Assembly (NCBI GenBank): GCA_035488895.1
Contig: DATHKV010000145.1
Location: forward strand, 36,472 to 100,471
DNA: 64,000 nucleotides
Source: Steroidobacteraceae bacterium
Lineage (GTDB): Bacteria; Pseudomonadota; Gammaproteobacteria; Steroidobacterales; Steroidobacteraceae
Reading direction: 5' to 3'
Part shown: positions 9,894 to 19,237 of the stretch, one piece after another
How the letters are laid out: every line of letters starts with the position of its first letter
How positions within the stretch are numbered: the stretch's first letter is position 1
Translations under genes and position numbers: made by a program
The notes under the pieces: model-generated
What the model saw: only the letters and a program-made list of their open reading frames with translations
Told to the model about the DNA's origin: nothing
The model's database searches: none

Positions 9894-10396
9894 GAGTACC
9901 GCGCAGGATTGGGGTCGTGGTGGCAACTCCAGAAGCGTTGGGTGCGATCAAGGCGAGCACACAGACATTGTTATTTTGCTGCTCACTCTGTTCTGCAGCT
10001 GCGTCAGGTCGCGCGGCGAGCTCTCGTTCAACCCACCGTCAGCTCCTTCTCAGCTGCCTCACACCTTGAAATCTTTACAGGCGCCGCAATCGAGGTCATT
10101 CTTAGATTTATTTGAGGCGCGCGGCTTCGGTGGGCGGCACGCGCGGAGATTCAGCCCACGGCAACTGAAGGAGGTGATCCAAGTGGCACATACAAACGTT
10201 GGTTCGGTCGCGCCTCGTGGCGCACTGGTTGGTGTCGAGGTTCTTCGTTAGTCCACCTCGTACTGGCTGGAATGCCATGAGGGATGCGCGCAGGCTCGTT
10301 GCCACGCGCGCGATCCAAGTCCAACGGACGGACGCTCCGATGCAGTTGCTGACGTAGACTACCTTGGTCTGCAGGCAATAAGGCTGGAGCAGGAAT

Positions 10397-10428
10397 GGCG
10401 GGGTCCTCGCGGACTCCGCCATTTTTTG
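10397..10428 (+). terminator. rho-independent terminator with no annotated upstream gene within ~500 nt
   Basis: GGCGGGGTCC-TCGC-GGACTCCGCC forms a 10-bp stem with one G.U pair, followed by ATTTTTTG. Confidence 0.6.
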
Positions 10429-10479
10429 AATGGCCCGAAGTTGTGTGGGATGAACGGCCCGGCCGGACGAAGAATACGA

Positions 10480-10797
10480 CTAGCTACGATCGTCGGGCGC
10501 CCCTACTGACTGGGGCTTGCAGGAATAATGCCCCTCGGCGAGTTTGGTGACCAGCGAGGCGGCCTTGGCAACACAGTAGGCGTAGCCGGATTTTGAGGAC
10601 CAGAGCGTCGTGGTTCTGCCGTTCCGCGTGTAGTCGACGCGGCAAGCCTTGGGCTCGCGGGCAGCGTCGGTCTTTACGACGCTCACTGTTCGACTATCAG
10701 CGCCAAAGGTGCAGATGAATTCCTCGATGGATTGGGCCTGAATAATAGGCGTCATCACGAACGAGAGGAAAATGAGAGAAACGAGTCTTGACGCCAT
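10480..10797 (-). CDS. small secreted Cys-containing protein, unknown function
   Basis: Signal peptide MASRLVSLIFLSFVMTPIIQAQS. Four Cys in the mature part. Confidence 0.55.
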   Translation of the reverse strand: MASRLVSLIFLSFVMTPIIQAQSIEEFICTFGADSRTVSVVKTDAAREPKACRVDYTRNGRTTTLWSSKSGYAYCVAKAASLVTKLAEGHYSCKPQSVGAPDDRS

Positions 10798-11001
10798 AGG
10801 TCGTGGATTCCCAAATTGGGTTGCCGGGCAGGTTGGGGTGTCGACATCAGCATTCTCTGGCGTTTATTTCAACTGCAATGCCATCAAAGATCGACTCCCA
10901 TCCGGCCAAAGTCGAATGATATGCGAGAATGCCTCCCCGTCCGGCTGTCGGTTGGTGGAATAGACTTGCCCCGCGTTCTTGGCACACCGCATAACGCCGC
11001 C

Positions 11002-11742
11002 ATGTCGGCGGTTCCCCGCCTCGCGGCACTTCTTGCCGGTTCGGCGCGAACCGTCGTTTTCACCGGCGCCGGGATGTCGACTGAATCTGGGATCCCGGAT
11101 TTCCGTAGCCCAGGCGGCGTCTGGAGCCGGATGAAGCCGATCGACTTCGGCTCATTCATGCACCACGAAGATGCGCGGCGCGAGGCTTGGCAGCGCACCT
11201 TTTCCGGTGCGGCCGGCTGGGTAGGCGCCAAAGCGAATGAAGGTCATTTTGCCATTGCACATCTGGTCGGCATCGGCAAGATCGGCCTTGTGATCACGCA
11301 GAATGTGGACAATCTGCACCAGGATGCCGGCGTGCCCGCGCATCAGGTGATCGAGCTTCATGGCAACGCCAGCTATGCCACGTGCCTCATCTGCGGGCTG
11401 CGACACGAGCTCGCTGACTTGCGCGACCCATTTCTTGAGCAAGGCACGCTGCCAACCTGCCGAGCGTGCGGCGGCATCGTCAAGTCGGCGACGATCTCGT
11501 TCGGTCAGCCGATGCCCGTCGAAGCGATGCGCCGCGCCGACGCTGCTTCGCGTGAATGCGACCTGTTCATCGTGCTCGGCTCGTCGCTGTTGGTCTATCC
11601 CGCTGCGGCACTACCGATGGTCGCAAAGTCGAACGGTGCCGCGCTCGTCATTGTTAACCGCGAGCCGACCGACATGGATGGAAGGTCGGATCTTGTCCTT
11701 CATGCTGAAATCGGCGATGTGCTGAAAGCAATTGTGACCTGA
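11002..11742 (+). CDS. SIR2-family NAD-dependent protein deacylase
   Basis: ATG 11002. Motifs GAGMSTESGIPDFRSPGG, QNVDNLH, ELHGN. Zn-ribbon cysteines CLICG...CRACGG. Confidence 0.85.
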   Translation: MSAVPRLAALLAGSARTVVFTGAGMSTESGIPDFRSPGGVWSRMKPIDFGSFMHHEDARREAWQRTFSGAAGWVGAKANEGHFAIAHLVGIGKIGLVITQNVDNLHQDAGVPAHQVIELHGNASYATCLICGLRHELADLRDPFLEQGTLPTCRACGGIVKSATISFGQPMPVEAMRRADAASRECDLFIVLGSSLLVYPAAALPMVAKSNGAALVIVNREPTDMDGRSDLVLHAEIGDVLKAIVT

Positions 11743-11852
11743 TGCGGCCATCTCTAACCGTTGGGTCAGTTGACTGCCGCGCAGCTGCGAGCGATGCTAG
11801 CGGGCGCCACAACGCGCGGCCAGTTCGCGAACTTATAACAAGAGGAAATTGC

Positions 11853-12251
11853 ATGCGTGGATATCTAATGCCGATTTTCGTGGTCGCTGCTCTGGTGCTA
11901 GCCGGCTGCAACAAGTCGAAGTCACCGGAGGACGTATCGAAGGACGTCGCCAAGGCCGAGCAGAAGGCGGCCAACGAGGTGACGAAGAGCGAAGAACGCG
12001 CGCAGAGCGCACTGGATAAATCCTACGAGAAGGTAAGTGGACAGGAGATTAAATTCAACAACGACGCCGCACACCAAACCTACAATGTGGCCGTCGCAAA
12101 AGCCGATGGCAATCGCAAGGTGGCTCTGGCAACTTGCGAATCGCAAGGCGGCGCTGCTCAAAGGGCGTGCAAAGATCAGGCGGAAGCCGACTACAAGGCG
12201 GCGCGTGCAGACGCCAGGGCCAGCGCCGAGGCGGCGGTGCAGCAGAAGTGA
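11853..12251 (+). CDS. lipoprotein, Lys/Ala/Glu-rich, unknown function
   Basis: AGAGGAAA precedes ATG 11853. Leader MRGYLMPIFVVAALVLAGC with lipobox. Confidence 0.65.
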   Translation: MRGYLMPIFVVAALVLAGCNKSKSPEDVSKDVAKAEQKAANEVTKSEERAQSALDKSYEKVSGQEIKFNNDAAHQTYNVAVAKADGNRKVALATCESQGGAAQRACKDQAEADYKAARADARASAEAAVQQK

Positions 12252-12433
12252 GGGGACTGAAAAAAGGCCTGCAAGGATTGTTCTGAGGGAAGAAGCGACC
12301 CTTCAACACGGCACCGATCCAGGCAAGGGCGGCCATATGCAACGGCCTACGCACTCTCTAATGCTGCCCTAAACTAGAGTTCAGGCTAGGGCGTCCATGT
12401 ATGAACTAACATTGGAAGCTAAGCTCCAAGCAA

Positions 12434-13282
12434 TCAGATCCCGATAACGAGGCGCAGAGCCGGGACACGCTCGCCGATGCCGAACGACAACGGCTGGCGT
12501 ACGCCATCGGGGTCCACATAGGTGCCGAAGACGTGGTCCCAGATTGGGAAAAGGGCCGCCAAATTTCCCCGGTAGTGGGCCGGATCATCGCTGTGATGCA
12601 CGTGATGATAGCGCGGCGTGACGATGATCCACTCCAACCACTTGGAGCCCCACGGGACATTCAAATGCATCCAATCGTTTTGCAGCGTGTTCTTGCCGAG
12701 AATGACGAACACCATCCACCATGGCGAGATATACACCAGCGTCGCGGCGGCGATGTACGGAATGTTCACCAAAACTTGTTGGGTCAACGAGCCTCGCACG
12801 CCGGCCAACCAGTACATGTAAGTGGGGTAATGGTGCCACTTATGCACGCGCCACAGGCCGGGTGAGTGCATGGCCCGATGCACCCAATAGTGGCCGAAGT
12901 CGGCGATGACGATATACACCAAAAATCGCAGCACCAACGGCAAGGCATTTACGACTTGGGGGATTACAGGCCGGAAGGCGATCCAACGATTTACATAATC
13001 CGCTGCCGGACTGACCAACAGGCCGAACACCACCAGGGCGACCAAGTCGCGCGCCACTACTTTCTTATAATCGACCTCGCGGGCCGGACGCAGCTTCTCG
13101 ACGGTCGTGAGCACGATCGCGCGCGCCCCTAGTGCCACAATCGCAAGCAGGAGGGGGGTGTGCAACATATACGATGCAAACCGGTGCAAATAAACGAAGT
13201 TCGACACCTCCCAATTATCGCATGGCCCCAATATGTACAGAGTTGAATTGCGGCTTTCCGTGAATTGTCTGAGCCGGCGCAC
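12434..13282 (-). CDS. sterol desaturase / fatty-acid hydroxylase family membrane protein
   Basis: His boxes HYWVHRAMH, HKWHH, HHVHH. ORF opens at GTG 13282; the true start may be internal (e.g. ATG 13168). Confidence 0.8.
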   Translation of the reverse strand: MRRLRQFTESRNSTLYILGPCDNWEVSNFVYLHRFASYMLHTPLLLAIVALGARAIVLTTVEKLRPAREVDYKKVVARDLVALVVFGLLVSPAADYVNRWIAFRPVIPQVVNALPLVLRFLVYIVIADFGHYWVHRAMHSPGLWRVHKWHHYPTYMYWLAGVRGSLTQQVLVNIPYIAAATLVYISPWWMVFVILGKNTLQNDWMHLNVPWGSKWLEWIIVTPRYHHVHHSDDPAHYRGNLAALFPIWDHVFGTYVDPDGVRQPLSFGIGERVPALRLVIGI

Positions 13283-13413
13283 CTAGTTCACCATCGTGGA
13301 TCACCGCGAGCGAGGCGCATGAGAGGGAGCGCGAGAGCTACTTGTATTCGCGTACACTGAGAGGGCCAACTTTATTGGTAGAATGCGGCAATCAGAATCA
13401 ACGAGTAATCCGC

Positions 13414-14361
13414 ATGACAGATCGCCGCCGATTTCCAAGGCTGTCCGCAGCCATTGCCGCCTCGCTGATGTCACTGGCTGCCGTGACTGCCGATGCGGCT
13501 TCGGGCTCGCCCGTCGCGCAATTTCAACCGTTCAAAATTGGCAGCTATAGCGCGGTGGCCCTCAAAGACGGTAGGCTTGAGATGCCGGTCGACGGCAAGA
13601 GTTTCGTCCTCGGGCAGCCGAACGAGACGGTCGGTGCCGTGCTCAAGGCGGGTGGGGCCCCCGCCGATCACTTTGAGTTCAGCATTCAGCCGCTGCTCGT
13701 ACACGCCGGAAATCATGTGCTGTTGTTTGATGCCGGCGTCGGCAATTGGTATGGAGACATTGGCGGCAAGCTGCCTGATTCAATGAAAGCGGCGGGTGAA
13801 AAGCCGGCGAGCGTCACGGACATCTTTATTTCGCATGCCCATGGCGATCACATCGGAGGCCTCATAACGCCTTCCGGCGCGCTCGCTTTCCCCAATGCGA
13901 CCATTCACATGTCCGGGCCTGAATGGAAATGGCTCTCGAGCCTTACCGAAGAACAGGCGAAGAGCATGGCCATTCAACACGTCGCCGCATTCGTGAGCAC
14001 AATCAAACCGAAGGTCGTGGCCTTCGAGCCGGGCGCAGATCTCCTCCCCGGGATCGTCAAGGCGGTTGACCTCAAGGGACATACGCCCGGTCACTCCGGC
14101 TATCTCATCGGCTCAGGTCCGGATAGTGTGCTGGTCTTCGGTGATGCGATGCACAGCTACCTGGTGTCTGTTGGCAAGCCGTCCTGGCAAGTTGCCTTCG
14201 ATAGCGACAAGCAGCTTGGAGCGACGACACGGGTCGACCTGGTTAAGAACTCCGCCGCAAGTGCTCAGCGCCTCTACTCGGAACACTTCCCGTTCCCGGG
14301 CATCGGCAAGATCGTGAAGGGCAAGGACGGTGCGAGCTGGCAGCCGGAGTCGCTGCACTAA
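13414..14361 (+). CDS. MBL-fold metallo-hydrolase, secreted
   Basis: ATG 13414. Arg-rich signal MTDRRRFPRLSAAIAASLMSLAAVTADA. HAHGDHIGG metal-binding motif. Confidence 0.8.
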   Translation: MTDRRRFPRLSAAIAASLMSLAAVTADAASGSPVAQFQPFKIGSYSAVALKDGRLEMPVDGKSFVLGQPNETVGAVLKAGGAPADHFEFSIQPLLVHAGNHVLLFDAGVGNWYGDIGGKLPDSMKAAGEKPASVTDIFISHAHGDHIGGLITPSGALAFPNATIHMSGPEWKWLSSLTEEQAKSMAIQHVAAFVSTIKPKVVAFEPGADLLPGIVKAVDLKGHTPGHSGYLIGSGPDSVLVFGDAMHSYLVSVGKPSWQVAFDSDKQLGATTRVDLVKNSAASAQRLYSEHFPFPGIGKIVKGKDGASWQPESLH

Positions 14362-14380
14362 ATCCCGAATCGCGCGGTCT

Positions 14381-14725
14381 CTATTTCTGGCCAGAACCCT
14401 TTCTGTCCGTCGAATTGTCGGGCAGTTTCGAATGCGCAGCCTGGGACTCTGGATCCCTAGAAGTTGTATTTGCGATGTGCTCTCTCGCCTCGCGTGAAAT
14501 GTGCTGCTCGATCGCGTTAACGTCAAAAAAATCCGACACATCCGGCTTGGCGGGAAATGTCAGGCCCAAGAAGGCCGCTGATCCTTTCATATGCGGGTTC
14601 ATGCCTAGATCCTTAGCCGCCTGCATGATTTCTTCATCCGAGACATCAATCAGCTCTTGCCCAAAAGCCCTCAAGATGCGAGTGAGCACCACCTCAGGCA
14701 ACGCCGGTTTTACTTTGGTTCGCAT
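14381..14725 (-). CDS. hypothetical protein (114 aa)
   Basis: ORF start overlaps the stop of the upstream gene by 16 nt. No recognisable motif. Confidence 0.5.
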   Translation of the reverse strand: MRTKVKPALPEVVLTRILRAFGQELIDVSDEEIMQAAKDLGMNPHMKGSAAFLGLTFPAKPDVSDFFDVNAIEQHISREAREHIANTTSRDPESQAAHSKLPDNSTDRKGSGQK

Positions 14726-15171
14726 GTCAGTCCCTCTCGCAGCAGCGCGCGACGCATGCGCCTTCGCGCCGAGTCGTAGTCGGTTTTGGATATTTCCATG
14801 GCGCCGCGAATATGCTCAGCGGAACGCCCTTGGCCCAACCCAGCGATGGTCTTCAAGACAACGGGATCGTCGTCGAAAAGGCGCTCAATTGCCCTGAGTC
14901 CCTGCTGAGCAGTCAACATACGCTCAGGGCCCGGTGCCGGGTCGGGCAAATCAACCTTGCAGGGCCCATCGCCTATTCGATCAAGCCTCACCGCCTCGTT
15001 GCTGCCAGATCGCTTACCCCGGCGACGCCAGTGCTCGGCTCTCAGACTGCGCATGATACCGGCCACAAATGCAACTATTGCCACGCCTATGATGCCAACC
15101 ATGCCTAGGGCGAGTGCCGTCTCAGCCGGTCTCAGATCGCGCTTGTCTACGAGGTTTAGTGTTTGAGGCAT
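14710..15171 (-). CDS. membrane-anchored protein with sigma-70 region-4 / LuxR-like HTH
   Basis: One TM helix LALGMVGIIGVAIVAFVAGIM followed by a basic stretch. C-terminal LKTIAGLGQGRSAEHIRGAMEISKTDYDSARRRMRRAL resembles region 4.2. Confidence 0.55.
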   Translation of the reverse strand: MPQTLNLVDKRDLRPAETALALGMVGIIGVAIVAFVAGIMRSLRAEHWRRRGKRSGSNEAVRLDRIGDGPCKVDLPDPAPGPERMLTAQQGLRAIERLFDDDPVVLKTIAGLGQGRSAEHIRGAMEISKTDYDSARRRMRRALLREGLTCEPK

Positions 15172-15266
15172 ATCCGCGGCCCTTTATCTCATTGGGTATG
15201 CGCAACAAAAGGCGGCCTTCGGACAGGGGTGTGAAATTATTTATTCCGGCAATGGACCGAGAAGAA

Positions 15267-15343
15267 TGGTGGTGAAGGAGGGAGTTGAACCCTCGACCCC
15301 GGCGTTATGAATGCCGTGCTCTAACCAACTGAGCTACTTCACC
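15267..15343 (-). tRNA. tRNA-Met (anticodon CAT; an Ile2-type identity cannot be excluded)
   Basis: The reverse complement GGTGAAGTAGCTCAGTTGGTTAGAGCACGGCATTCATAACGCCGGGGTCGAGGGTTCAACTCCCTCCTTCACCACCA folds as a cloverleaf. It has a 7-bp acceptor stem, a GAGGG/CCCTC T-stem with TTCAACT loop, and an encoded CCA. Confidence 0.9.
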
Positions 15344-15544
15344 ACGGAGAGGCGCGAATTCTAAGGAGAGAGGCGCCGATGTCAACCAAAAGAGAGGTAA
15401 GAATACTATAAATCAATGGCTTACGCGCGCTAAAGGTGCCGCGGACGCTGGATGGTGATGGAAGCGCGGGGGCCTTGAAGAAGAGCGGGGTTGGAACCGC
15501 TCACGCAATCAGCGCGGTTGATCGCGGTATTAAATTGAGCCGAG

Positions 15545-15826
15545 TCAGGGCTGCACCGATACCACCCGATCGTCGCGCGACCGCGAAGTTGACGTCACTG
15601 CGTACACCGCAATTTTCGCAAGACTGTGTAGGAGCAACGGCAGCAGAAAAAGATCGTCCACCACGCCCAACACCGGAATCGCGAAATTAAAGGGCTCCAA
15701 CGCGAAGAACCCCAAAGCGAGTATTGCAGGAAGCAACCAAGTCGGTCGGTTCGGGTGCCGCAGCGCCAGCCACAGAAGCCTAAGATCGTTACGGCTCATC
15801 CGCCATAATCTGAATATCCTACGCAT
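15545..15826 (-). CDS. DUF1232 (YkvA-like) small membrane protein
   Basis: LEPFNFAIPVLGVVDDLFLLPLLL resembles the DUF1232 core (D.IPD.IPvlGy.DD). Confidence 0.55.
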   Translation of the reverse strand: MRRIFRLWRMSRNDLRLLWLALRHPNRPTWLLPAILALGFFALEPFNFAIPVLGVVDDLFLLPLLLHSLAKIAVYAVTSTSRSRDDRVVSVQP

Positions 15827-16022
15827 GGTGTCCTCACGTCGATTCGCCTATTTATGTTCGACTTCGCGCATTGAAAGTCGTTCAGCCAGTGGTCTACGTC
15901 AATGACGCGGTTGCCAAAGTGGGCGTGATGCTGCGACGCCATATCCCAAGTTGACCTGGCTCGTCAGCTATTCTATAAGGCGGGTGTCTCCGATCCTGTT
16001 TATTCAAATGGGAAGGTGCGCC

Positions 16023-16217
16023 ATGATGAACGAGAAGCAGAAAGCTCGGCCGTCGACCAGTCGGCGATCCCTCAGTCACAAACCAGTTCGATACCGCGTG
16101 CCACTTCGCGCAGCTGATGCCAAGCATTCGGTGGAGAACATCTTGATGTGGAATTCCTACTTACCAAGCGACTGCGTCAGAACCATGGTAAGGATGGGCT
16201 GGGACTACACCACCTGA
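16023..16217 (+). CDS. possible small protein (64 aa), unknown
   Basis: GGGAAGG lies 6 nt before ATG 16023. Basic N-terminal half and a W/C/M-rich C-terminus, ENILMWNSYLPSDCVRTMVRMGWDYTT. Confidence 0.3.
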   Translation: MMNEKQKARPSTSRRSLSHKPVRYRVPLRAADAKHSVENILMWNSYLPSDCVRTMVRMGWDYTT

Positions 16218-16246
16218 GTCAGCGGCCGATCGCGGTGGCCTGCTCA

Positions 16247-17389
16247 TCACCATCCGGAAAAGCGCTGCCATACGTCGATGCCTTCATCGGTCTCGTTCAA
16301 CACGTGATATCGATCGAACTGGGTGGCGGTTGCGCAGGCGTGATTCGGGAGTATGCGAACGCGTGATCCGATCGCGATATCGGGGAGCTTCGCGGTCGAT
16401 CCGGCCCGTAGTGAAACTATGCCGTGTTCCTGATTGACCCGCGTGACGATCAGATCGGGATAGGGCACGCCGGCAAGGTCGCAGACCAGTCCGTAACCCT
16501 GATCGACGGCTTGCTGTGCCGTACCGCGATCTTGCGATAGTGCCGTCCAACCGGCGTCGACGAGAATCCAGCCCTTGCCGGTTTGGTGCCCGATCACCGT
16601 GGCGAGCACACTCATTGCAATTTCGTCGATGCTGCAAACGCCAAGGCCAGTCATCACCAGGTCAAAAAACACGAAGACGCCGGCACGCACTTCGGTTACG
16701 CCAGAGAGATCCTGCGCAAAGAGTGCCGCGGGTGTCGAGCCGACACTGACCACGGCGCACGGCAAATCCGCGCGTCGAAGCGCCGCGGCGGCGCTGACGG
16801 CGGCTGAGCGCTCCGCCTCTGCCGCCGTGCGGAGCGAATCCGCACCTGCTCGAGCGTAAGAGCCGCCCGAGTGACTCATCACGCCGCGCAACTCTGCGCC
16901 GCCTTGAACCAGCACGCGACCGATCTCGATTACACGTGGATCTTCCGGGTGAAGACCGGCACGTTGGTCGTCGGCATCGATCTCAATCAGCACAGGAATC
17001 CGGGTTTGCGAATCCTTACAGGCAGCAACGACCGCGCGCGCCTGGTCCAGGCTGTCCAGCACGATGGCGAGGTCGATGCCATTCTTGCGCAGCGCCAGAA
17101 CTCTTGGCAGCTTGTCCGGGCCAATTCCCACCGCGTAAAGCAAGTCGCGCACGCCGGCGGCCGCAAACTGTTCCGCCTCCCGGAGCGTCGAGACCGTAGC
17201 AGGACCTGCCGCCGTGGTCATGACCATGCGAGCCACTTCGGCGCACTTGGCGGTCTTGAGGTGTGGTCGTAGCGGGACGCCGAGGCTCTGGAGATGACTT
17301 CGCAGCCGCGCGATATTCCGTCGCACGCGCTCGACACTGAGGAGCAGTGCGGGCGTCGTTAGTGCTTTGATGCTTTCCGAATGAGTCAC
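16247..17389 (-). CDS. DSD1-family PLP enzyme (D-threonine aldolase / D-serine dehydratase-like)
   Basis: RPHLKTAKC (PLP-lysine context) and C-terminal ILPNHACAT. The best start is GTG 17389, 4 nt after AGGAAG. The longer ORF to 17563 would overlap the next gene. Confidence 0.8.
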   Translation of the reverse strand: MTHSESIKALTTPALLLSVERVRRNIARLRSHLQSLGVPLRPHLKTAKCAEVARMVMTTAAGPATVSTLREAEQFAAAGVRDLLYAVGIGPDKLPRVLALRKNGIDLAIVLDSLDQARAVVAACKDSQTRIPVLIEIDADDQRAGLHPEDPRVIEIGRVLVQGGAELRGVMSHSGGSYARAGADSLRTAAEAERSAAVSAAAALRRADLPCAVVSVGSTPAALFAQDLSGVTEVRAGVFVFFDLVMTGLGVCSIDEIAMSVLATVIGHQTGKGWILVDAGWTALSQDRGTAQQAVDQGYGLVCDLAGVPYPDLIVTRVNQEHGIVSLRAGSTAKLPDIAIGSRVRILPNHACATATQFDRYHVLNETDEGIDVWQRFSGW

Positions 17390-17523
17390 TGACTTCCTAA
17401 TATTGTGGCTATTAAGCTGCGAAGTATACGATAGAGAGTGAGTCTCACATCGTATCGATAGACGTGCGGCAGGCGCCGGAGCAATCGCTCTCTCATGCCT
17501 CAATTGGCTTTCGCGAGCATCCC

Positions 17524-17976
17524 TTACTTCATTCGGGAGCCTACTGAGCGCAGGACCACCCATTTACCGGCGCGCTTTTCAAGGAGATCCATCCAAACGA
17601 ACTCACCGCTTACGTCTTTTCCGTCCCGAATCCTCTTTTCGGCGACACTACTATGAGCTACCGCCAGATTGCCGAACACCTGCACTTCCACAGGACCATT
17701 TTCAAACGACACGAGCTTATCGTGGAAGGCCTCGAAATCGCCTAGCAGTTCCTTTTTGGTGATGATCTTGCCGGAGGATCCGACGGTCGCGAAATCGTCG
17801 GCGTAGATCTGGCCGAGTCTATTGGTGTCGACACGCACCATTGCATCGCCCATGTCCTGCTCGAGTTTCTTGATCGCGTTGATATCGGCCGGGTCGTTGG
17901 AGGGCGGAGGCGCTCCGGCGACACTGGCGCCGGCGCACAGGGAGCAAAGCAAAATCGATGTGACAAGCGTGTTCAT
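17524..17976 (-). CDS. secreted NTF2-like (DUF4440/SnoaL-like) protein
   Basis: Signal peptide MNTLVTSILLCSLCAGASVAGA. Size and pattern typical of DUF4440. Confidence 0.6.
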   Translation of the reverse strand: MNTLVTSILLCSLCAGASVAGAPPPSNDPADINAIKKLEQDMGDAMVRVDTNRLGQIYADDFATVGSSGKIITKKELLGDFEAFHDKLVSFENGPVEVQVFGNLAVAHSSVAEKRIRDGKDVSGEFVWMDLLEKRAGKWVVLRSVGSRMK

Positions 17977-18133
17977 CTGCGTATCTCCTTCGGTTTGTGG
18001 AATCAGGCTCGGTTATTGAATTTAACTCCGGCTCAAGTGTAGGTGCACCCAACGCTGTGAGCCCATACCGCTTATTGCACCCTGGAGACCATTCGTTGCA
18101 TTCCTAGGCCGCGCGCGAAGGCCTTGGGGTAGA

Positions 18134-19237
18134 GTGACAACCATGATCGAGAACCCTCCTGGCGTGCGCTCGTCCCGGTGGCGCTGGATTGCCGCAATGT
18201 GGGTTGCGGGAGCGCTTTTTGAAGCGGCTCAGTCGGTGCTTTTCATGCGGGCAATCGGCCGGCAGCATGCGTGGTTGATCTTCGCAACTGAGCTGGCGTC
18301 CTGGATACCGTGGGCGTTGGCTACGCCGCTCGTTATCGGGCTGGCACGTCGACACGAAATCATTCACAGCAGAACCCTGCGTGGGACCGTCGTACATGTT
18401 GTAGCTTTCGCGGCCATCAGTCTGGTGGCAGAAATATGGTTTGCGGTGCTGCAAATGCTCTTTAATCCGTGGGGCTATCCACAGCAGCCGACGTTTATGG
18501 ATGCGTGGCGGACGTCGCTGCTCTTTCAAGCCCTGACGTACCTGATCGTCTATGCGCTGATCTTGACCGTTACTTATGTCACGGATGCTCGAGAGAGAAT
18601 GGCCCGTCAGATGATGGAAACCGCGCGTCTCAGCGAGGCACTCTCCAAGTCGCAGCTGGCTGCGCTGCGCCAGCAGATGGAGCCGCACTTCATGTTTAAC
18701 ACGCTTCATTCCATCACTGGGTTGGTGCGAGATCGTGAAAATGATGCCGCCGTCAGCATGATCGTGGGCTTAAGTGAGTTTCTGCGTCGCGGCTTGGAGG
18801 ATTCGCACAGGTCGCAGGTAACGCTGCAGGAGGAAATGGAGTATTTGCAGCGTTATCTTGACATTCAAAAGGTTCGCTTCGGAGAACGCCTCAACGTGAA
18901 CATGAGTATCCCGGCCGACCTCCTGCGGGCGCAGGTGCCGAATTTGCTGCTGCAGCCCTTGGTGGAGAATGCCATCAAGCACGGCATCGCGAAACGCACC
19001 GAGGGCGGAAGTGTTCGGGTTGCGGTGGCACGTAATCAAGGCCAGGTTTGTGTGACCGTTTACAACGACGGCCCGGATTTCCCTGCAGATACCAAAGCGA
19101 CGCATACTGGGGTGGGCATCCGCAATTTAAGGACCCGGCTGCAAATCCTGTACGGCGAACGGGCCGAACTACAACTCAAGCACACCGATTCGGGGGCAGT
19201 CGAAGTCACCGTCGTCCTGCCCCTTGAGGTTTCGTGA
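18134..19237 (+). CDS. LytS/YehU-type sensor histidine kinase
   Basis: N-terminal TM helices. His_kinase motif EPHFMFNTLHSI. HATPase motifs LLLQPLVENAIKHGI and GVGIRN. Confidence 0.8.
   Translation: MTTMIENPPGVRSSRWRWIAAMWVAGALFEAAQSVLFMRAIGRQHAWLIFATELASWIPWALATPLVIGLARRHEIIHSRTLRGTVVHVVAFAAISLVAEIWFAVLQMLFNPWGYPQQPTFMDAWRTSLLFQALTYLIVYALILTVTYVTDARERMARQMMETARLSEALSKSQLAALRQQMEPHFMFNTLHSITGLVRDRENDAAVSMIVGLSEFLRRGLEDSHRSQVTLQEEMEYLQRYLDIQKVRFGERLNVNMSIPADLLRAQVPNLLLQPLVENAIKHGIAKRTEGGSVRVAVARNQGQVCVTVYNDGPDFPADTKATHTGVGIRNLRTRLQILYGERAELQLKHTDSGAVEVTVVLPLEVS

Noticed and set aside
10108-10422. 104-aa minus-strand ORF in the gene-less gap
   Set aside because: Its ATG lies inside the terminator hairpin, preceded only by an A-run and no SD. 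The composition is not protein-like. The + strand terminator interpretation is preferred.
11002-11742. SIR2-family gene together with the TIR gene at 52452 as a Thoeris-like defence system
   Set aside because: The two genes are about 40 kb apart. The SIR2 protein has the canonical deacylase motifs and Zn ribbon, with no SLOG or other ThsA-type domain. No co-orientation or operon link exists.
13342-15343. Genomic island integrated at the 3' end of tRNA-Met
   Set aside because: I saw no integrase, no recognisable direct repeat of the tRNA 3' end, and no compositional break. Only the odd sigma-4-like pair is noted as a finding.
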